Assembly: GCF_004010195.1 (NCBI RefSeq) | Contig: NC_057714.1 | Location: 15,304,738-15,368,737, forward strand | Source of the DNA: Chiloscyllium plagiosum | Taxonomy: Eukaryota | Length of the DNA: 64,000 nucleotides | Direction of reading: 5' to 3' | Part shown: piece after piece, positions 12,428 through 25,639 of the stretch | How the letters are laid out: each line of letters opens with the position of its first letter | Numbering within the stretch: position 1 is the first letter of the stretch | Made by a program: the position numbers and the translations under genes | The notes under the pieces: model-generated | Databases searched by the model: none | What the model was told of the DNA's origin: nothing | What the model saw: the letters and a program-made list of their open reading frames with translations, nothing else

Positions 12428-12905
12428 TCATCATACATTTCTTCATGACTTTGATTGACACGTTCTTCTTCTCTGTGACTATTCACAACTGAATTGTTTT
12501 TAGAGAGCCCAACCTTTTTTGTATCTTCCATTTTTCACCTCTGATGTTCCATGATTAGTAATGGGATTTTTAATCTGTGAAATTCCAGAACCTTCACAAG
12601 TGACTAGCCACATTTTTGTACAATACACCATTACTGTATCCTTACTTACTGCATTTGAATTGTTGTCCTATTAACTTGCTGGGATCTTCTGGCTCTTCCA
12701 CCACTCCCAGACTTTGTTCAGATTAGGACAGGTGATATCCCACACCACACCATCCAAAGCTGATGGGCTGTTTGCTCAGTTTTGTACCACTCTAGATTTC
12801 AGGGTATGATCTCTGGTGCGCAATTACCTAGAGTAATAAGTGAGGGCTGGAGAACTGTGTGACAGTGGTCTTCCTGATCCATATCCCTCATAAACAAGCA
12901 GCTTT

Positions 12906-13253
12906 GGCATGGTGGCTCAGTAGTTAGCGCTGCTGCCTCACAGTGCCAGGCACCCAGGTTCAGTACCACCCTTGGGCGACTCCCTGACTGGAGTTTGCAC
13001 ATTCTTCCCGTGTCTGTGTGGGTTTTCTCTGGGTGCTCTTGTTTCCTCCCACAGTCTAAAGATGTGCAGGTTAGGTGAATTGGCTATGTTAAGTTGCCCA
13101 TAGTGTTCAGGGATGTGTAGGTGAGGTGCAAGAGTCTGAGATAAATGTAAAGTAATACGGTAGGGGAATGGGAAAGGGTGGGTTACCCTTCGGAGGGTCA
13201 GTGTGGACTTCTTGGGCCAAATGGCCTGTTTCAACATTGTAGGGATTCAATGA
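12906..13253 (+). mobile_element. HE1-like V-SINE
   Basis: tRNA-like head, V-domain, tail GTAGGGATTCAATGA. Confidence 0.92.
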
Positions 13254-14009
13254 ATTGCAGGGGATCAAGCATATTACAAAACTAATCCTTGCAAACACTG
13301 AACACAAAACCCAAACCCCCCACCCCAAAAAATGATATGAGCCATTCTTTTGCCACTGATCGCAAATTTCAGGTAATTAAATATTACAGTTTTTACCTTA
13401 TTCTGCAAGATTTATGGAAAAATATTCTGCATAGTCCTATTTGTTTAAAACTATCATATGGTTTTAAACTCCTTGTTGAGTTGTATTGAACACAACTCTT
13501 AAATTAATTTAGAAAATTGCAAGTGGGTGGCAATTTAACTGAAAAACATATAATTTCGAAATAGAGTTTGAAACACAAAATAATGCAGAGATGATACTTT
13601 CTAATAACAATAGGTTAATTTCCCATTATTTAAAATTCATCCTTTGATATTGTACAAGTTAATCAGGAACTGGATATTACAATGTACAGATCATTTCAAT
13701 GTATTAATTCTGAGGTGAATGAAAACATTCATTAAATTGTTATTCAGACATTGTCCTGAATGAAAGGCTACACATTTTGAAACCTTGATTTTTTTCACAT
13801 TATGATACAACATAGCTTGAAAGGAATTATTTGCTACTAAAGTATACATAAGATGTATTGTTCATTTGTTGCAGGAAAACAGGGAAGAAGCCAATAACAC
13901 ACTTTGTGGGAGGAAAAGAAATGGATGTGCCAATATGTTGCGTTCTCACATTTCCCCTTACTCCTTATTACAGCTACTTTAACCTTTCTCAGGTATAAGA
14001 ATTAACTTC

Positions 14010-16335
14010 CTAAGAATAAAGGAAATAAAAACAGGAGTAGATCATTTGCCATTTGAGCATTCTGCACCTCTTGGTAGGCTTACAGTGAGCTTTCACCTTA
14101 GTTGCACTTTCCTGCATTAACCTTGCACCTCTTGATTTCCTTGGCACCTGATAAACCTGAGATCTCTGCCTTAAATATACTCAGTGACTGAGCATCTATA
14201 GCATTCCATATGAAGAATTCCAGTGGTTCAGAATCCTTTAATTGAAGACACTTCTCATCTCTGGGGAAAGTGGCTTCTGTACAGCTGTACATGTTCTGGC
14301 TCAGATGTATAGAATAGTGAGATAATAGGTGAAGTCAGAATAGGGGAGAAAGAAAGTCCACAATAGAGTTAACTTGCATATATGTAAATACACAGAGTAT
14401 AGTAAATAAAGTTGGGGAGTTATTGATGGAGATTGCAATGTGGAATTATGATGTTGTTGTGGTGACTACAGTAATGTAATAGATGAGGTTTAATGGAGAA
14501 AAGTAATTGTTGGAAGAACACTGTGTCATAGAATCCCTACAGTTTGGAAAGAGGTCATTTGGACCATCAGGTTAGCATAACCCTCGGTACAGCATCCCAC
14601 CCTGACCCAGCCTCCCCATCCTTCCCTGTATTTCCCATAGCTAATTGACATAACTTGTGCATCCCTGAACACTGTGGGACAATTTATCATGGCTAATCCA
14701 CATAATGTGCATATCTTTGGACTATGGAAGGAAACTGGAGCCCCCTCCGAAAGCCCACACAGACGCAGGGAGAATGTGCAAACTCCACAGAGTCACTCTA
14801 GGCTCGAATCGAGCACGGGTCCCTGACACTGTGAGGCAGTAGCACTAACCGTGCCCTAAGACATAAAGTAGGGAGTACAATTCTAGAACGGTGGCAAGGG
14901 CAGCAAGACCTTGATGTATATGTGTACAGTTCATTGAAAGTGGCAAGACAGATGGCGAGACCAATTAACAAAACACACAGACTTCTCAGGTTTATTACTG
15001 ACCATTGGGAGCATGGAGTACAAAAGCAAGGAGATGAAGGTGAACCTGTACAGCTCTTGACCTCAACTGCAGTATTATGTATGGTTGTGCGCATCAGGTT
15101 ATAGTAAATATATGAATGCATTAGAGAGACTGTAGACGTGATTTCCTAGAATGTTTCCAGGAATGAGAAACTTCAACTGTGAAGATGGATTGAAGAAGTT
15201 GGGAGTGGTCTCCCAGGAGAGAAGACAGCTGAGAAGAGTTGTGACAGAGGTTTTCAAACCATCAGCAGCTCAACAAAGTAGGGTGAAAACGTTTCCTCTT
15301 AAGAAAGAAACAAAACTGAGAGGGCACAGATTTAGAGTGAATCACAAACAGAAAAAAATATGAAGTGTGAAAAAACCTTTCCTTCCAGCAGGTAATTAGG
15401 ATCTAAAATGCACTGTCTGGATATGGGGTGCAGACAGGTTAAATTGATTAATTCAAAAGGGCATTGGAAGATTATTTAAACCCTAATGGTGTATAGAGAG
15501 ATGGGGAAAAGACATGAGATTGTCACTAAATAATAGAGCTGGTGCAAGAATGTTGTGCCAAATGGCCTTCATCTCAAATGGATTCTATGTCCTCTGTCCT
15601 ACATGGTCATCCCTAACTCTGTGAATGTGATCCTGTGATTGTGATCCTGAGTGAAAGCATTCTCCAAATAATCTATTCTCATAGAACAAACTCCTTATCC
15701 CAAGAATCATTCCAGTTAATCTTTGTTGCACTTTCTTTAAGGCTAATATATCTTTCTTTATGTTAGGAAATTAAACTTGTACTAATCTCCAAGTGTGGTC
15801 TCACGAATACTTTGTCCTACTTTACAAACATGTCTTTGCTCTTACTTCAATGTCTTAACATATCATTTGTTTTCAGAATTACTTTCTTTACCCACTTTCT
15901 GTGATTTGTGTACAAAATCACCCTGCTTTTTCTGAATACCAATATTCCTGATTTCTTATCATTTATGAATATTGAGCTTTTATCTTTTCCTGACTAAATT
16001 TTGTGCTTTTCTCCATTCTTACCCATTCAGTTAATGTGTCAAAATCTTTTCTCAGACTTTGTGTATTCTCTTCACAGTTTATTTTCCGTAATAATTTTGT
16101 GCTGTCAGAAAGCCTAGTTGCATAAACCATTGTCCCATCATCTAAGCCATTGGTACAAAATGTAAATTGAAGAGTCTCAAGCACTAATCTTTGTGAAAAC
16201 TGACAAGTTAAAGGCTGACATTGCAAAAATAATCCATTCCCTCCATCTGCCTGTATTCTGTCCCTAAATCAATCAATAAATAAATCTACATAAAGATTAC
16301 TCCTAATCACATCAGCATTTGTTTTGTGTAATAAA
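14010..16335. mobile_element. Cluster of old CR1 fragments in both orientations
   Basis: MFPGMRNFNCEDGLKKLG..KLRGHRFRV on + (15151-15363). TNGLDDG..RLSDSTKL on - (15963-16226). Endonuclease remnant at 14330-14520. Confidence 0.7.
14526..14856 (-). mobile_element. HE1-like V-SINE
   Basis: Reverse complement of V-domain and tRNA head; tail CATAGAATCCCTACAG. Confidence 0.88.
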
Positions 16336-16340
16336 CTTTT

Positions 16341-16651
16341 TTAGATTAGATTCCCGACAATATGTAAACGGGCCATTTGGCCCAACAAGTCCACACCGAC
16401 CCTCCGAAGAGTAACCCACACAGACCCATTCCCCTACCCTGTATTTACCCCTGACTAATGTAGTTAACACTATGCGCAATTTAGCATAGCCAATTCACCT
16501 GACCGGCACATCTTTGGATTGTGGGAGGAAACCCATGCAGACATGATGAGAATGTGCAAAATCCACACAAACGGTCACCCGAGGCAGGATTTGAACACAG
16601 GTCCCTGGTGTTGTGAGGCAGCAGTGCTAATCACTGAGCCACATTGCCACC
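16341..16651 (-). mobile_element. HE1-like V-SINE, (AATCT)n tail
   Basis: TTAGATTAGATT tail, reverse V-domain and head. Confidence 0.9.
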
Positions 16652-17098
16652 ATTTTGCTAACATAACTATCAATTATGATTCAATTTTATTGCAAAGTGT
16701 TAATTAATTCTTTAAATGTTGTCCTTTGCATATCTAACATCACAACTGTAAATGTAGTTACCCGGCCTACTTTAACTTTCCTAACCATCATTCAGTGTAG
16801 TTTGCTTTATGTAAATTTAAGAACTGAAATTTGGCTTGACTAAATCACTTTCAGACTCAATACAAAATTCTATTATCAAGTGATCATTCTTTACCAGAGA
16901 TTCCTTTACTGCAAGGTCATTGGTCCTTGGCATACTGATGTAGAAAACTGTATGGGATGTATTCCAACTTTGATCAGTTAAGAGATCTACCATTGTATTT
17001 GAATCTTTTTCATGTTTTTGTCAATAAATGCCTGAAATCACGCTGCCTGCATGTTTCGAAGTAAAGTTCAGCATAGGAGTAGGTGCATAAGTATACCT

Positions 17099-17326
17099 GG
17101 AGAAAGTGAGGGCTGCAGATGCTGGAGATCAGGCTCGAGAGTGGGGTGCTGGAAAAGCACAGCAGGTCAGGCAGGATCCGAGGGGCAGGAGAATCGATGT
17201 TTCGGGCAAGAGCCCTTCATCGGGAATGAGCCCCATTCCTGATTAAGTGCTCTTGCCCGAAATATCGATTCTCCTGCTCCTCGGATGCTGCCTGACCTGC
17301 TGTGCTGTTCCAGCACCCCACTCTCA
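17099..17326. mobile_element. Palindromic Penelope-pLTR mini-element, copy 1
   Basis: Inverted arms 17137-17228 and 17234-17325. Degenerate 14-bp TSD GCATAAGTATACCT / GCACAAATGTACTT (4 transitions). Confidence 0.85.
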
Positions 17327-19928
17327 GCACAAATGTACTTATCAATAAGTCATAGATTAGACTAAGCTCTTGACAAAACGTTTGTAACCAAAGGCAAAAG
17401 AAGATAAAGTGTACTTCAAGCATTTAAAATATGAGCAGAATGTACTCACCCAAGAATTAATGCTAATATTATATGTACCCACCAATAGGTATGTATTATT
17501 AAACCACAATCGTAACTGTAACTTTCCTGCCAAAGCCAGCATGGGATACAGAGAATCACAATCTAGTTTCACTGAAAACCTGGAAAGCACCAGGCTACAG
17601 ACTTTGCTTATTCAGCACATTTTTTTGTTGTTTTGTTCGAATTGGTGAAATACAGGCAGATTGTTAATTAGCCTGCAAAATCCTTCCAACGCTCCACACC
17701 ATTTTCATGGAAGAAAATAGAACAAAGATGTGCAAAACAAACAGTAGGGAAAATTATGCTGCACTGTGTCAGATTTTGTTTAAAAGTCAACATTTTCGTA
17801 AAAATAGCTGACAAAGACATTTAGTAGTGATACACTAGTTAGACATGCAAAGCTTTAAATGATAAAATAAATAAAAATATTGTGTATTAGGCATTTTTTA
17901 AAAATCCGCTCGATGTTGAATATGTTAAATCTGCAAGTTCTTTTTTTTAATTTGCATTACTGTTCATGTGTGGCATTTACATTATAAAGAATGGGAATGG
18001 CTAGAAAGGAAAACAAAACATGTCAGAATCCCCTTCAATATTTCATATTTTTTACCATGAGCATAATCATTTACTCTTATGTTGTTAAATAAAATATCAC
18101 AGAAGTAAAAAAAATTTTTTTTAAAAATGAAATGAAGTACAGCTGCAGACGCTCGTGAAATATATTATTCAAGTATTGTATGATGTATTACCAAACTAAT
18201 ATCAGGTAAATAGTCACTTTTATGTGAAAATGTGACAATGATTGTGTAAAATATAAATTTAATGATAAGCAAAATACATACAGGAAATCTTAGATAATTT
18301 CATGCAAGAAATGAAATTACAAAGTACGGTTTCAGTCAGAAGTATACATGTTGGTTTAAAAAAAAAACTAGAATTAGTTTAAGAATAAAATAAAACTGTT
18401 TAAGTACAGTACATAAAAGTATTATGAAGATAGGTTTTTAATATCAGCATGCAGAAGTTACTTTTTTACCGTAGTCACTACTTTCCCTGTCCCTAAAACC
18501 ACCCTGAACCTGGTGAGAACTGTGAATTGCCATTTGGTTGTTGTCTTTTACCTCATTAGAGTGGATTAAGCCAGGATACTGAGTAGGATAAAAGGTAACT
18601 GCCAGGGAGGAGAAGGACTGGGGTGCCTGAGAGAGAAAGCACCAAGTGTCATTTGTGTGCTGACACCATTATTGACTGGAGCCCATGCGGTTCACACTTT
18701 TCAATTATGGCTGCTAAAGCAAAGGTGGCCATTAATTGCAAAGGCTGATGCCTGAGCAGCAAATGTCAGGGGAGGCTCGATAACCCCTGTCTCCTCTTCT
18801 TGGAACTTGACTCGAGGATGTTCAAGGGCGGGATCCCACAGGCTTCCCAGGTCCCAGTGGAGAGGAAAGATGCTTCAAAAGCGAATTGTATTTAGCAGTT
18901 TCAGTTCAGTGCACAGTCTGCGCTTTTTTCTCTGTGGTGTCAGAGGTCTGTTCAGTGTGGTGAAATGTGCATGGTCGCACACTGACTGTTATCTAGTCTC
19001 CAACAATGCATTAAATGGAATCAACTAAGGAAAAACCTTGAGATAACCTTCATATTGGCACTCACTATTGCCCTGGTGATACTACGGTTTTGTCCAAAGC
19101 ATTTTTTTGACTAATAGCCTTTGTCCCTAATGGACAAAAGACCAGAGTGCTGAATGGTCTTAATTCCTTAGCTCTTTTGTTCCACTAAAACCATTATATT
19201 GCATTTGGACAAAGTTAATATTATTGTCATGCAAAAATCTTTAAGAGTTATGATCTGGATACTACTGAGTTATGAGCATAAATCCTTGCTTAATCTAAAT
19301 TTCTGTTGAATTAGTACATATGTTAAGCTGTTCACTGTAGCAGGTTTTATTGTGGGGTAGGCATTTTTGCACAAATGAATGAGATTCCTATTAATCATTC
19401 TTAATTCTACAGCAACTAAGTTGAAACTATCCATGAACAGACATACTTACAGAGGATCCATTACTATTTTAACCATATGTTATTTAAATAGGAAGGCATT
19501 TTTTATAAGAAAGAACTTCTGGATTTTTTTAATGCTTATTTATTTAGAACAAAATGGATGTGGTTTCACTTTTCAACCTGTTGGTAACAGGGGATCCAGG
19601 AACTGCCTGCAGAACTCAGAGTTCCAGCAGTGTGTTTATCAGTTGGTCTTTGACACAGTCACTGCATTTTCATCTGGCTTTTGTGTTTCTTGCACGATTA
19701 GCACAAGCAAGTGTGTTGAGAATCCATGTAAGTTGCTTTCAACTCAAGTATTTAATAGGACCCTGACAGGATGAAAGTTGAAGGAATGTTCAGGTATTTT
19801 GACAGAGCAAAAACCTCCGATAATCAAATCTTCAGAGAACTTGCCGCACAGTGGCAGTCTCTCTATTTCTGAATCAGTGGCTCTGGGCTTAAAACCTACC
19901 TCAAGATTTGATGACTACAGAAATACTG

Positions 19929-20028
19929 GTGCTGGCAGGTGGGACTAGCTTAGTTTGGGATATCTGGTTGGCATGGACGAGTTGGACCCAAGGGTCAGTT
20001 TCCATGCTGTACATCTCTATGACTCTAT
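19929..20028 (+). mobile_element. Very short HER1 3' end inserted in an old tRNA-type SINE
   Basis: Flanking direct repeat AAATACTG (19921-19928 and 20029-20036); tail CTCTATGACTCTAT. Confidence 0.85.
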
Positions 20029-20167
20029 AAATACTGCCAAACAGCTGGATTTTGAATCCTTACAATATGTCTAAGGCAGGCAGAGAGAGCTAGTGAGTTT
20101 CTTGGTATGCCAAACAAATGTGCTAGCTACTGTACAACAGTCTCCCCATGCTAAACACCTTCATGTT

Positions 20168-20491
20168 TTAGAATCCCTATACTGTGGAAACAGGGCATTT
20201 GACCCAACAAGTCCACACCAACCTCCTGAAGAGTAACCCACCCAAACCACTATTACTTTAAATTTCCCCTGACTAATGCACCTAACCTGCACACTATGGG
20301 CAATTTAGCACAGCCAATCCACCTAACCTAGACATCCTTGGACTGTAGGAGGAAACAGGAGCACCCAGAGGAAACCCACACAGACACAGGGAGAATATAC
20401 AAACCTCACACAGAAAGTCCCCCGCGGGCGGAACTGAACGCAGGCCCCTAGCGCTTTGAGGCAGCAGTAGTAACCACTGAGCCACCATGGC
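20168..20491 (-). mobile_element. HE1-like V-SINE
   Basis: Reverse V-domain and tRNA head. Confidence 0.9.
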
Positions 20492-20929
20492 ATGCAGGCT
20501 CTTGTTCTGATCAAACGTCATCTTCATTCTGAGGGACAATTGCAAACTTACTCAATCGACTTTCAGCATTGCAAAGCAGTATTTTGACGCTGAGGGTTAT
20601 TAGAGGTCAAAAGGCAATTCTGTTCCCTGTCAACCAGCCCTGCAACAGAACGCAAATAGGCAGGTTTGAAAAGGCCAAGGGAGTCATTGGCCGGAGATTA
20701 GTGCCAGATTCCTGGACATGATCAGAAGACCTTTAGAAACTCAGTCAAGTTTGGTAAGGCATGTCATATGGCAGAAATTAATATCTCATAAGCACATGAC
20801 TTACAACAATCACGTATGTTCAATTAATGTTAGCAGCCACTAATCCATGACCATGTGCACAATGATGAAACAATCGCCTTATCACCTTGCCGTTTTAAAC
20901 CTTGTCTTTACTTGGCCCAGTCACTGACT

Positions 20930-21945
20930 ATCTGGAATGACAGGGTTGTTTTATGAGGAGGATAGGTTGGACAATTCAAATGAGCTTATTTCTGATGTAA
21001 TGTTTTGAAGAGCGAGTGGTGACTTGATTGAAGCGTAAAAAGTCCTGAATGGTCTTAATAAGGAGAACAGTGAAGAAGGCCTTTGGTATGCTTGCCTTTA
21101 TTGGTCAGTGCATTGAGTAAAAGAGTTGAAAGGTCATGTTGAGGCTGTACAGGACATTGGTTAAGCCATTTTTGAAATGCCATGTTCAATTATTGTTTCC
21201 CTGCTACAAAAAGAATGTTGTGAAACTTGAAAGGTTCTGAAAAGATTTACAAGGATGTTGCCAGGGTTGGAGGGTTTGAGCTATCGCGAGAGGCTGAACA
21301 GGTTGGGGCTATTTTTCCTGGAATGTCACAGGCTAAGGGATGATCTTATAGAAATTTATAAAATCATGAAAATCATGGATAGGGTGAATAGTCAAGGTCT
21401 TTTTTCCCAGAGTGGGGGAGCCCAAACCTAGCGGGCATAGGTTTAAGATGAGAGGGGAAAAATTTAAAAGGGATTTAAGGGCAACTTTCTCATGCAGAGG
21501 AGGTGCGTGTATGGAATGAGCTACCATAGGAAGTGATGAAGGCTGGTACATTACAACGTGGAGGGACAGATGAATAGAAAAGGGTTTTGAGGTATGTGGA
21601 TCAAATTCTGGAAAATGGGTTGGCATGGACTAGTTGGACCAAAGAGTCTGTTTCCATGCTGTTCATCTCTATGGCTCTGTGATTCATGGAATGTTTCCTC
21701 TGATGAGTGCGTTCAGAGGTAGAGACTACTGCTTTAAAATTAAGTATTGCCATTTCAGGTTAGAGAGGAGGTCATTGAATATTTTGAAGACGGAGGTGGA
21801 TAAATACCTATTGGAACTGGCAATCAAGGGTTATAGAGGACAGATGAAAATGTGGAATTTGAAATGCAAACAAATCAGCTACAATCTTATTGAACAGTGG
21901 AGCAGGTTCAAGGGTCAAATGGTTTGTTTCTACTCCTATTTTCTA
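20930..21945 (+). mobile_element. HER1 3' fragment (about 21070-21680) nested in an older CR1 fragment
   Basis: GMLAFIGQCIE...FTRMLPGLEGLSYRERL; HER1 3' end at 21680; older CR1 sequence on both sides. Confidence 0.8.
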
Positions 21946-21973
21946 TCTATATGTAGATCCATGATATATTAGG

Positions 21974-22290
21974 ATCATAGACTCCCTGCAGTGGGGAAAG
22001 GCCATTTCGCCCATTGAGACTGCAATGATCCTTCAAAGTGCATCTCACTTAGTTGCAGCCCTCTACCCTATCCCTGTCACAATGCATTTACAATGGATAA
22101 TCCACCTAGCCTATACATCCCTGGAAACTCTGAGGCAATTTAGCATGGTCAATCCAGCTAACCTGCATGTCTTTGGACTGTGGGAGGAAACCGGAGCACC
22201 CGACAAAAAACCATGCAGACATGGGGAGACTGAACCCAGAACCATGACGCTGTGTGGCAGCAGTGATAACCATGAAACCATCTTGTCATC
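21974..22290 (-). mobile_element. HE1-like V-SINE
   Basis: Reverse V-domain GGACTGTGGGAGGAAACCGGAGCACCCG. Confidence 0.88.
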
Positions 22291-23099
22291 CATCGCTGAA
22301 CCTTCTTTCTGACCTATCTAAATGAGTTTGATCATTTTAGACGTATTTGTGTCAAAATGTATTTCTTTTATTTGGGGAATTTACACCCACAATGAACTAA
22401 TTTGGGACTGTCCCAATTCCTAACAGCAGCAGAGAAAACATTTTTAGTTTTGCTGCATTTGTTGAATTCAATCCCAGATTTTAAAGGTGAAAGGCAATGA
22501 GGTTAGCTAGCTCTCTTTAGTCTAATAATCTAACATTCAACACAACAAGGTCAGAATTGTATTATCTGATATTAGTAATTTAACAATGTGCTCACAGAAA
22601 TTCTTTCCCGTCTAGCATTTTTTCAAGATTCTAAGGTTTACATTTTAACACATCCACTACCAGAATAAAGAATGATTTTCATCCAAAAATGTCTTTTATG
22701 GATTTGTAAACAAGTTAAACCTCCAGTTTTTTTAAAAAAGTAAAAGAATGTTGTATCTCTACTACTTTATACAAAAATAAATTTGACAGATCAACTACTG
22801 AAGTTTTCACAAATGCGTTTTGATGTTACTTTCAAAAATGGATGGATAAATTGTCATGAGCTCCTTTCATAAGAAAATGCAGAAAGAACAGTGTTATTTA
22901 AGTCACTAATATCCCAGATCATCACATGGACAGTAAAATACAATGAGAAAAATTGCAGGCACATTTTATGAAAATGGTTAGTGCCATCCTTGACATGGGA
23001 GTGATTTTTCTGAATGGCTATTAAGTTCAGTAAGGATGCAAAATTCAAGTGTACTCGCACAGTACACACCTGAAGTTGCATTGCCAGATATTTTTTGTT

Positions 23100-23290
23100 A
23101 TTCATTCAGGTGATCTGGGTTTTGCTAGCTGGGCCAAAATGTATTACCAATGCTGATTGCCTGGAGAAGGTGGTAATGAGTTATTTTCTTGAATTGTCAC
23201 AGTCTATTTGGTGTGTACAACAAGAATGCTGTTAGGAAGGGAGTTCCGAGACTTTGATCCAGTGGCAGTGAAAGAACAGTGATATAGCAG
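23100..23290 (-). mobile_element. Old LINE 3' end (same family as 8620-8830)
   Basis: Similar to the reverse complement of 8640-8825. Confidence 0.55.
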
Positions 23291-23359
23291 GCCATACGTT
23301 TGAATTTGTTTGATGGAAAATCTTATTCAAACATTGAAAAGATGTTGCAACACATTTCC

Positions 23360-24050
23360 TTGCTTAAGCTGGATATCAGAAGGGAAGCAATATTCCCTTG
23401 TGTGGGAAAGAAATCCTCAAGGAAAATCCTGAAGAGGGAAAGCAAGCATGTTGTTCTCAATATGAATGCCTGGATTCCGAAATCAAGGCTATGGCCTCAA
23501 TACAAGAAAAATACTATAAGTTCACACAGGTGATCAGGTTAAGTGAGTACATTGTCATAACACACTTAAACCCACTGTAAAGTTGGTCATTTCATCAAGG
23601 AGAGGCAGAAGACTTGAGGCCATCCAAGGGTCCATCCTCTAAATTTCCCAGAGGAGATAGTACTCTACATCAAAGACCAAAGGTAAAGCAGCTCGTAACA
23701 ACTGGCACAGCAGAGCTGTCCAGGATTATGGTAAGTGACAATCTATTTATCCTTTTTCAAGTCCTTCTTTATTTTCATCTTGAACATGACATCAGATGGA
23801 AGCAGCAGATGCTGTAACCATGGAGCTCCTGCTTTACTTCCCGCTCCTGATCTCTCACACCAAACTTCTTCTGCTTTTGTGTTTTCAGGTACAGGAGAGA
23901 TGCCATAGGTGAGGCAGGAGGAGAAGGAAAAACAGTGTAGTGCAAGTAGTTTGAGGCATCATCACTTGATGTGATACTCACAGTCACCCGGACAGGTACC
24001 AACAGTGCAAATATATTAGTAGGTAGCAGTTGGAAGTATTTCAATGTGCA
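23360..24050 (+). pseudogene. Second Harbinger Myb/SANT-like gene relic
   Basis: RREAIFPCVGKKSSRKILKRESKHVVLNMNA...RLWPQYKK/YYKFTQVIR (cf. RREVLFP..G.RP....W..VA..VNA...RTW.QCRKKFNDLTRVVK). Exon-2-like KVGHFIKERQKT*G..HPLNFPEEIVL. GTAAGT donor near 23731 and TTTTCAG acceptor near 23888. Confidence 0.7.
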
Positions 24051-24059
24051 CTTGTGATT

Positions 24060-24176
24060 CCAAGATGTACAAGGCCACGGGCCAAGTGCTGGAAAGTGGG
24101 ATTAGAATGCTTTCCATTGGCACAGATGCGATGGGCCAAAGGGCGTTTGTCTGTGTTGTAGTTCTCTATGACTCTA
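24060..24176 (+). mobile_element. CR1 3' end
   Basis: GGGCCAAGTGCTGGAAAGTGGGATTAG...CTCTATGACTCTA. Confidence 0.75.
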
Positions 24177-24619
24177 CACAGTCACAGTTTGCACATGGCG
24201 AGCTATCAGGCATGACTTGATTAAGCCAGGCTGAGGGAAAGGATAGTTCATATGTCAGCTGTCCAGAAGATGAGGTTATTGGTGACTTTGATTAAGACTC
24301 AGATGAGTTCTTTGACTGCATGGCATTTGGAGAATGAATGGGGTGTTGGAAGGCTTACAGACACCCTTCTGTCTAAGAATATGAAGAAGCCCTGCTCCAG
24401 TGTGGCAGACAGAATCATAACGAACATAGTCAACATGGAAATGATACCTGACTCTGGCATGATGATGGCAACACTACCGACGGGGCCTTAATGGAAGACC
24501 CGGTGACCATTGTCCTGCCTTCCACTGCAACACAGGCTGAATCCTCCAGTTCACTGGCCCCAAAAAATTGACTCTGCTCTCTCTCCACAGATGCTGCCAC
24601 ACCCTGCTGAGTTTCTCCA

Positions 24620-24833
24620 TGATGTGGAGGTGCTGGTGTTGGACTGGGGTGGATAAAGTCAGAAGTCATGCAACACCAGGTAATAGTCCAAAAGGTTTAT
24701 TTGAACAGGTTCACGATATCTCTGCCTATAAATTCTGTGCCTGTATGCTTTGGTCTACCACACCTGATGAAGGAGCAGTGCTAAGAAAGCTTGTAAGTTC
24801 AAATAAGCCTGTCGGACTGGGGTCATGTGACTT
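24620..24833. mobile_element. Fold-back Penelope-pLTR element (family B) inserted into an older pLTR relic (24570-24870)
   Basis: Exact 13-bp TSD CTGAGTTTCTCCA (24607-24619 and 24834-24846). Hammerhead-like CTGATGA-AGGAGCAGTGCTAA-GAAAGCTT at 24764. Confidence 0.8.
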
Positions 24834-25639
24834 CTGAGTTTCTCCAGCAATTTCTGCTTTTGTTTCTGAATCCTCCTGATGTCTCAGGGCCACGAGTCCT
24901 TTTCAAAATGAATGTTTCAAGCAGAACTACTGATGATTTTTGACTGGTTTGGGTTGATTACTGCTTTTGAAGATGAAATCCTAGCACAGGATTGACTATT
25001 CAAAGAATAGTGTAGTGAACTAATAGCAGCATTGAATAACTTAATGATAGTTATGACCTTTTGAATTGTTTGATTTTTAATGAGGCTTCTTCATGGTAAG
25101 ATTCTCTGTAACATTTTCATGTTTAGCAGGTTTATGTCATGCTGGATTTTAAACATGCTTTTTGCTGATGTGCTGAACATACAGCATGTTCCATATAATA
25201 TTAATCACTGTGCCCGTGCACAGCAATTTAAATTTGATTCAGGAATGATTTCCCAAGTCGGATCTACTGGCGGCAGCCTCTCCCAAAATTTCAGAATTCA
25301 CTTTCAACCTGTTCAGAATGTATTGATATGGAATATTGTTAAGTAAGGCTTGCTTTTTGTAGCGTGATTTAAGAAAATGTTTACTTTATTCACTCAAATT
25401 GTGATAATGCAGAAGTTAGAGTTGCACCCAATCAATTAAGGGGGGATTTAAAATTATGAGGTGCTTCCACAGGGGGCGTGCTTTTGTGGAGAAACGGCAC
25501 GAGAAATTTGATTACCTGGGAATTAAAGGCGGAAGAGACAGGTAATGTCCAATGAATCACATGAAATGTTTGCACTCAAATGTTTCAAGCACATGGCCAT
25601 CGTTAACCACACTATTCATTGGTTTCACGTCTGTTTCAT

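Noticed and set aside
11724-12531. Long ORFs containing X runs (also 53686-54364)
   Set aside because: Artefacts of translating N gaps within LINE fragments.
17137-17325. Long hairpins as miRNA genes, terminators, CRISPR repeats or DNA-transposon MITEs
   Set aside because: The arms are Penelope pLTR sequence (same as 5640-5773), the ends are asymmetric, TSDs are long and variable, and there is no repeat-spacer periodicity.
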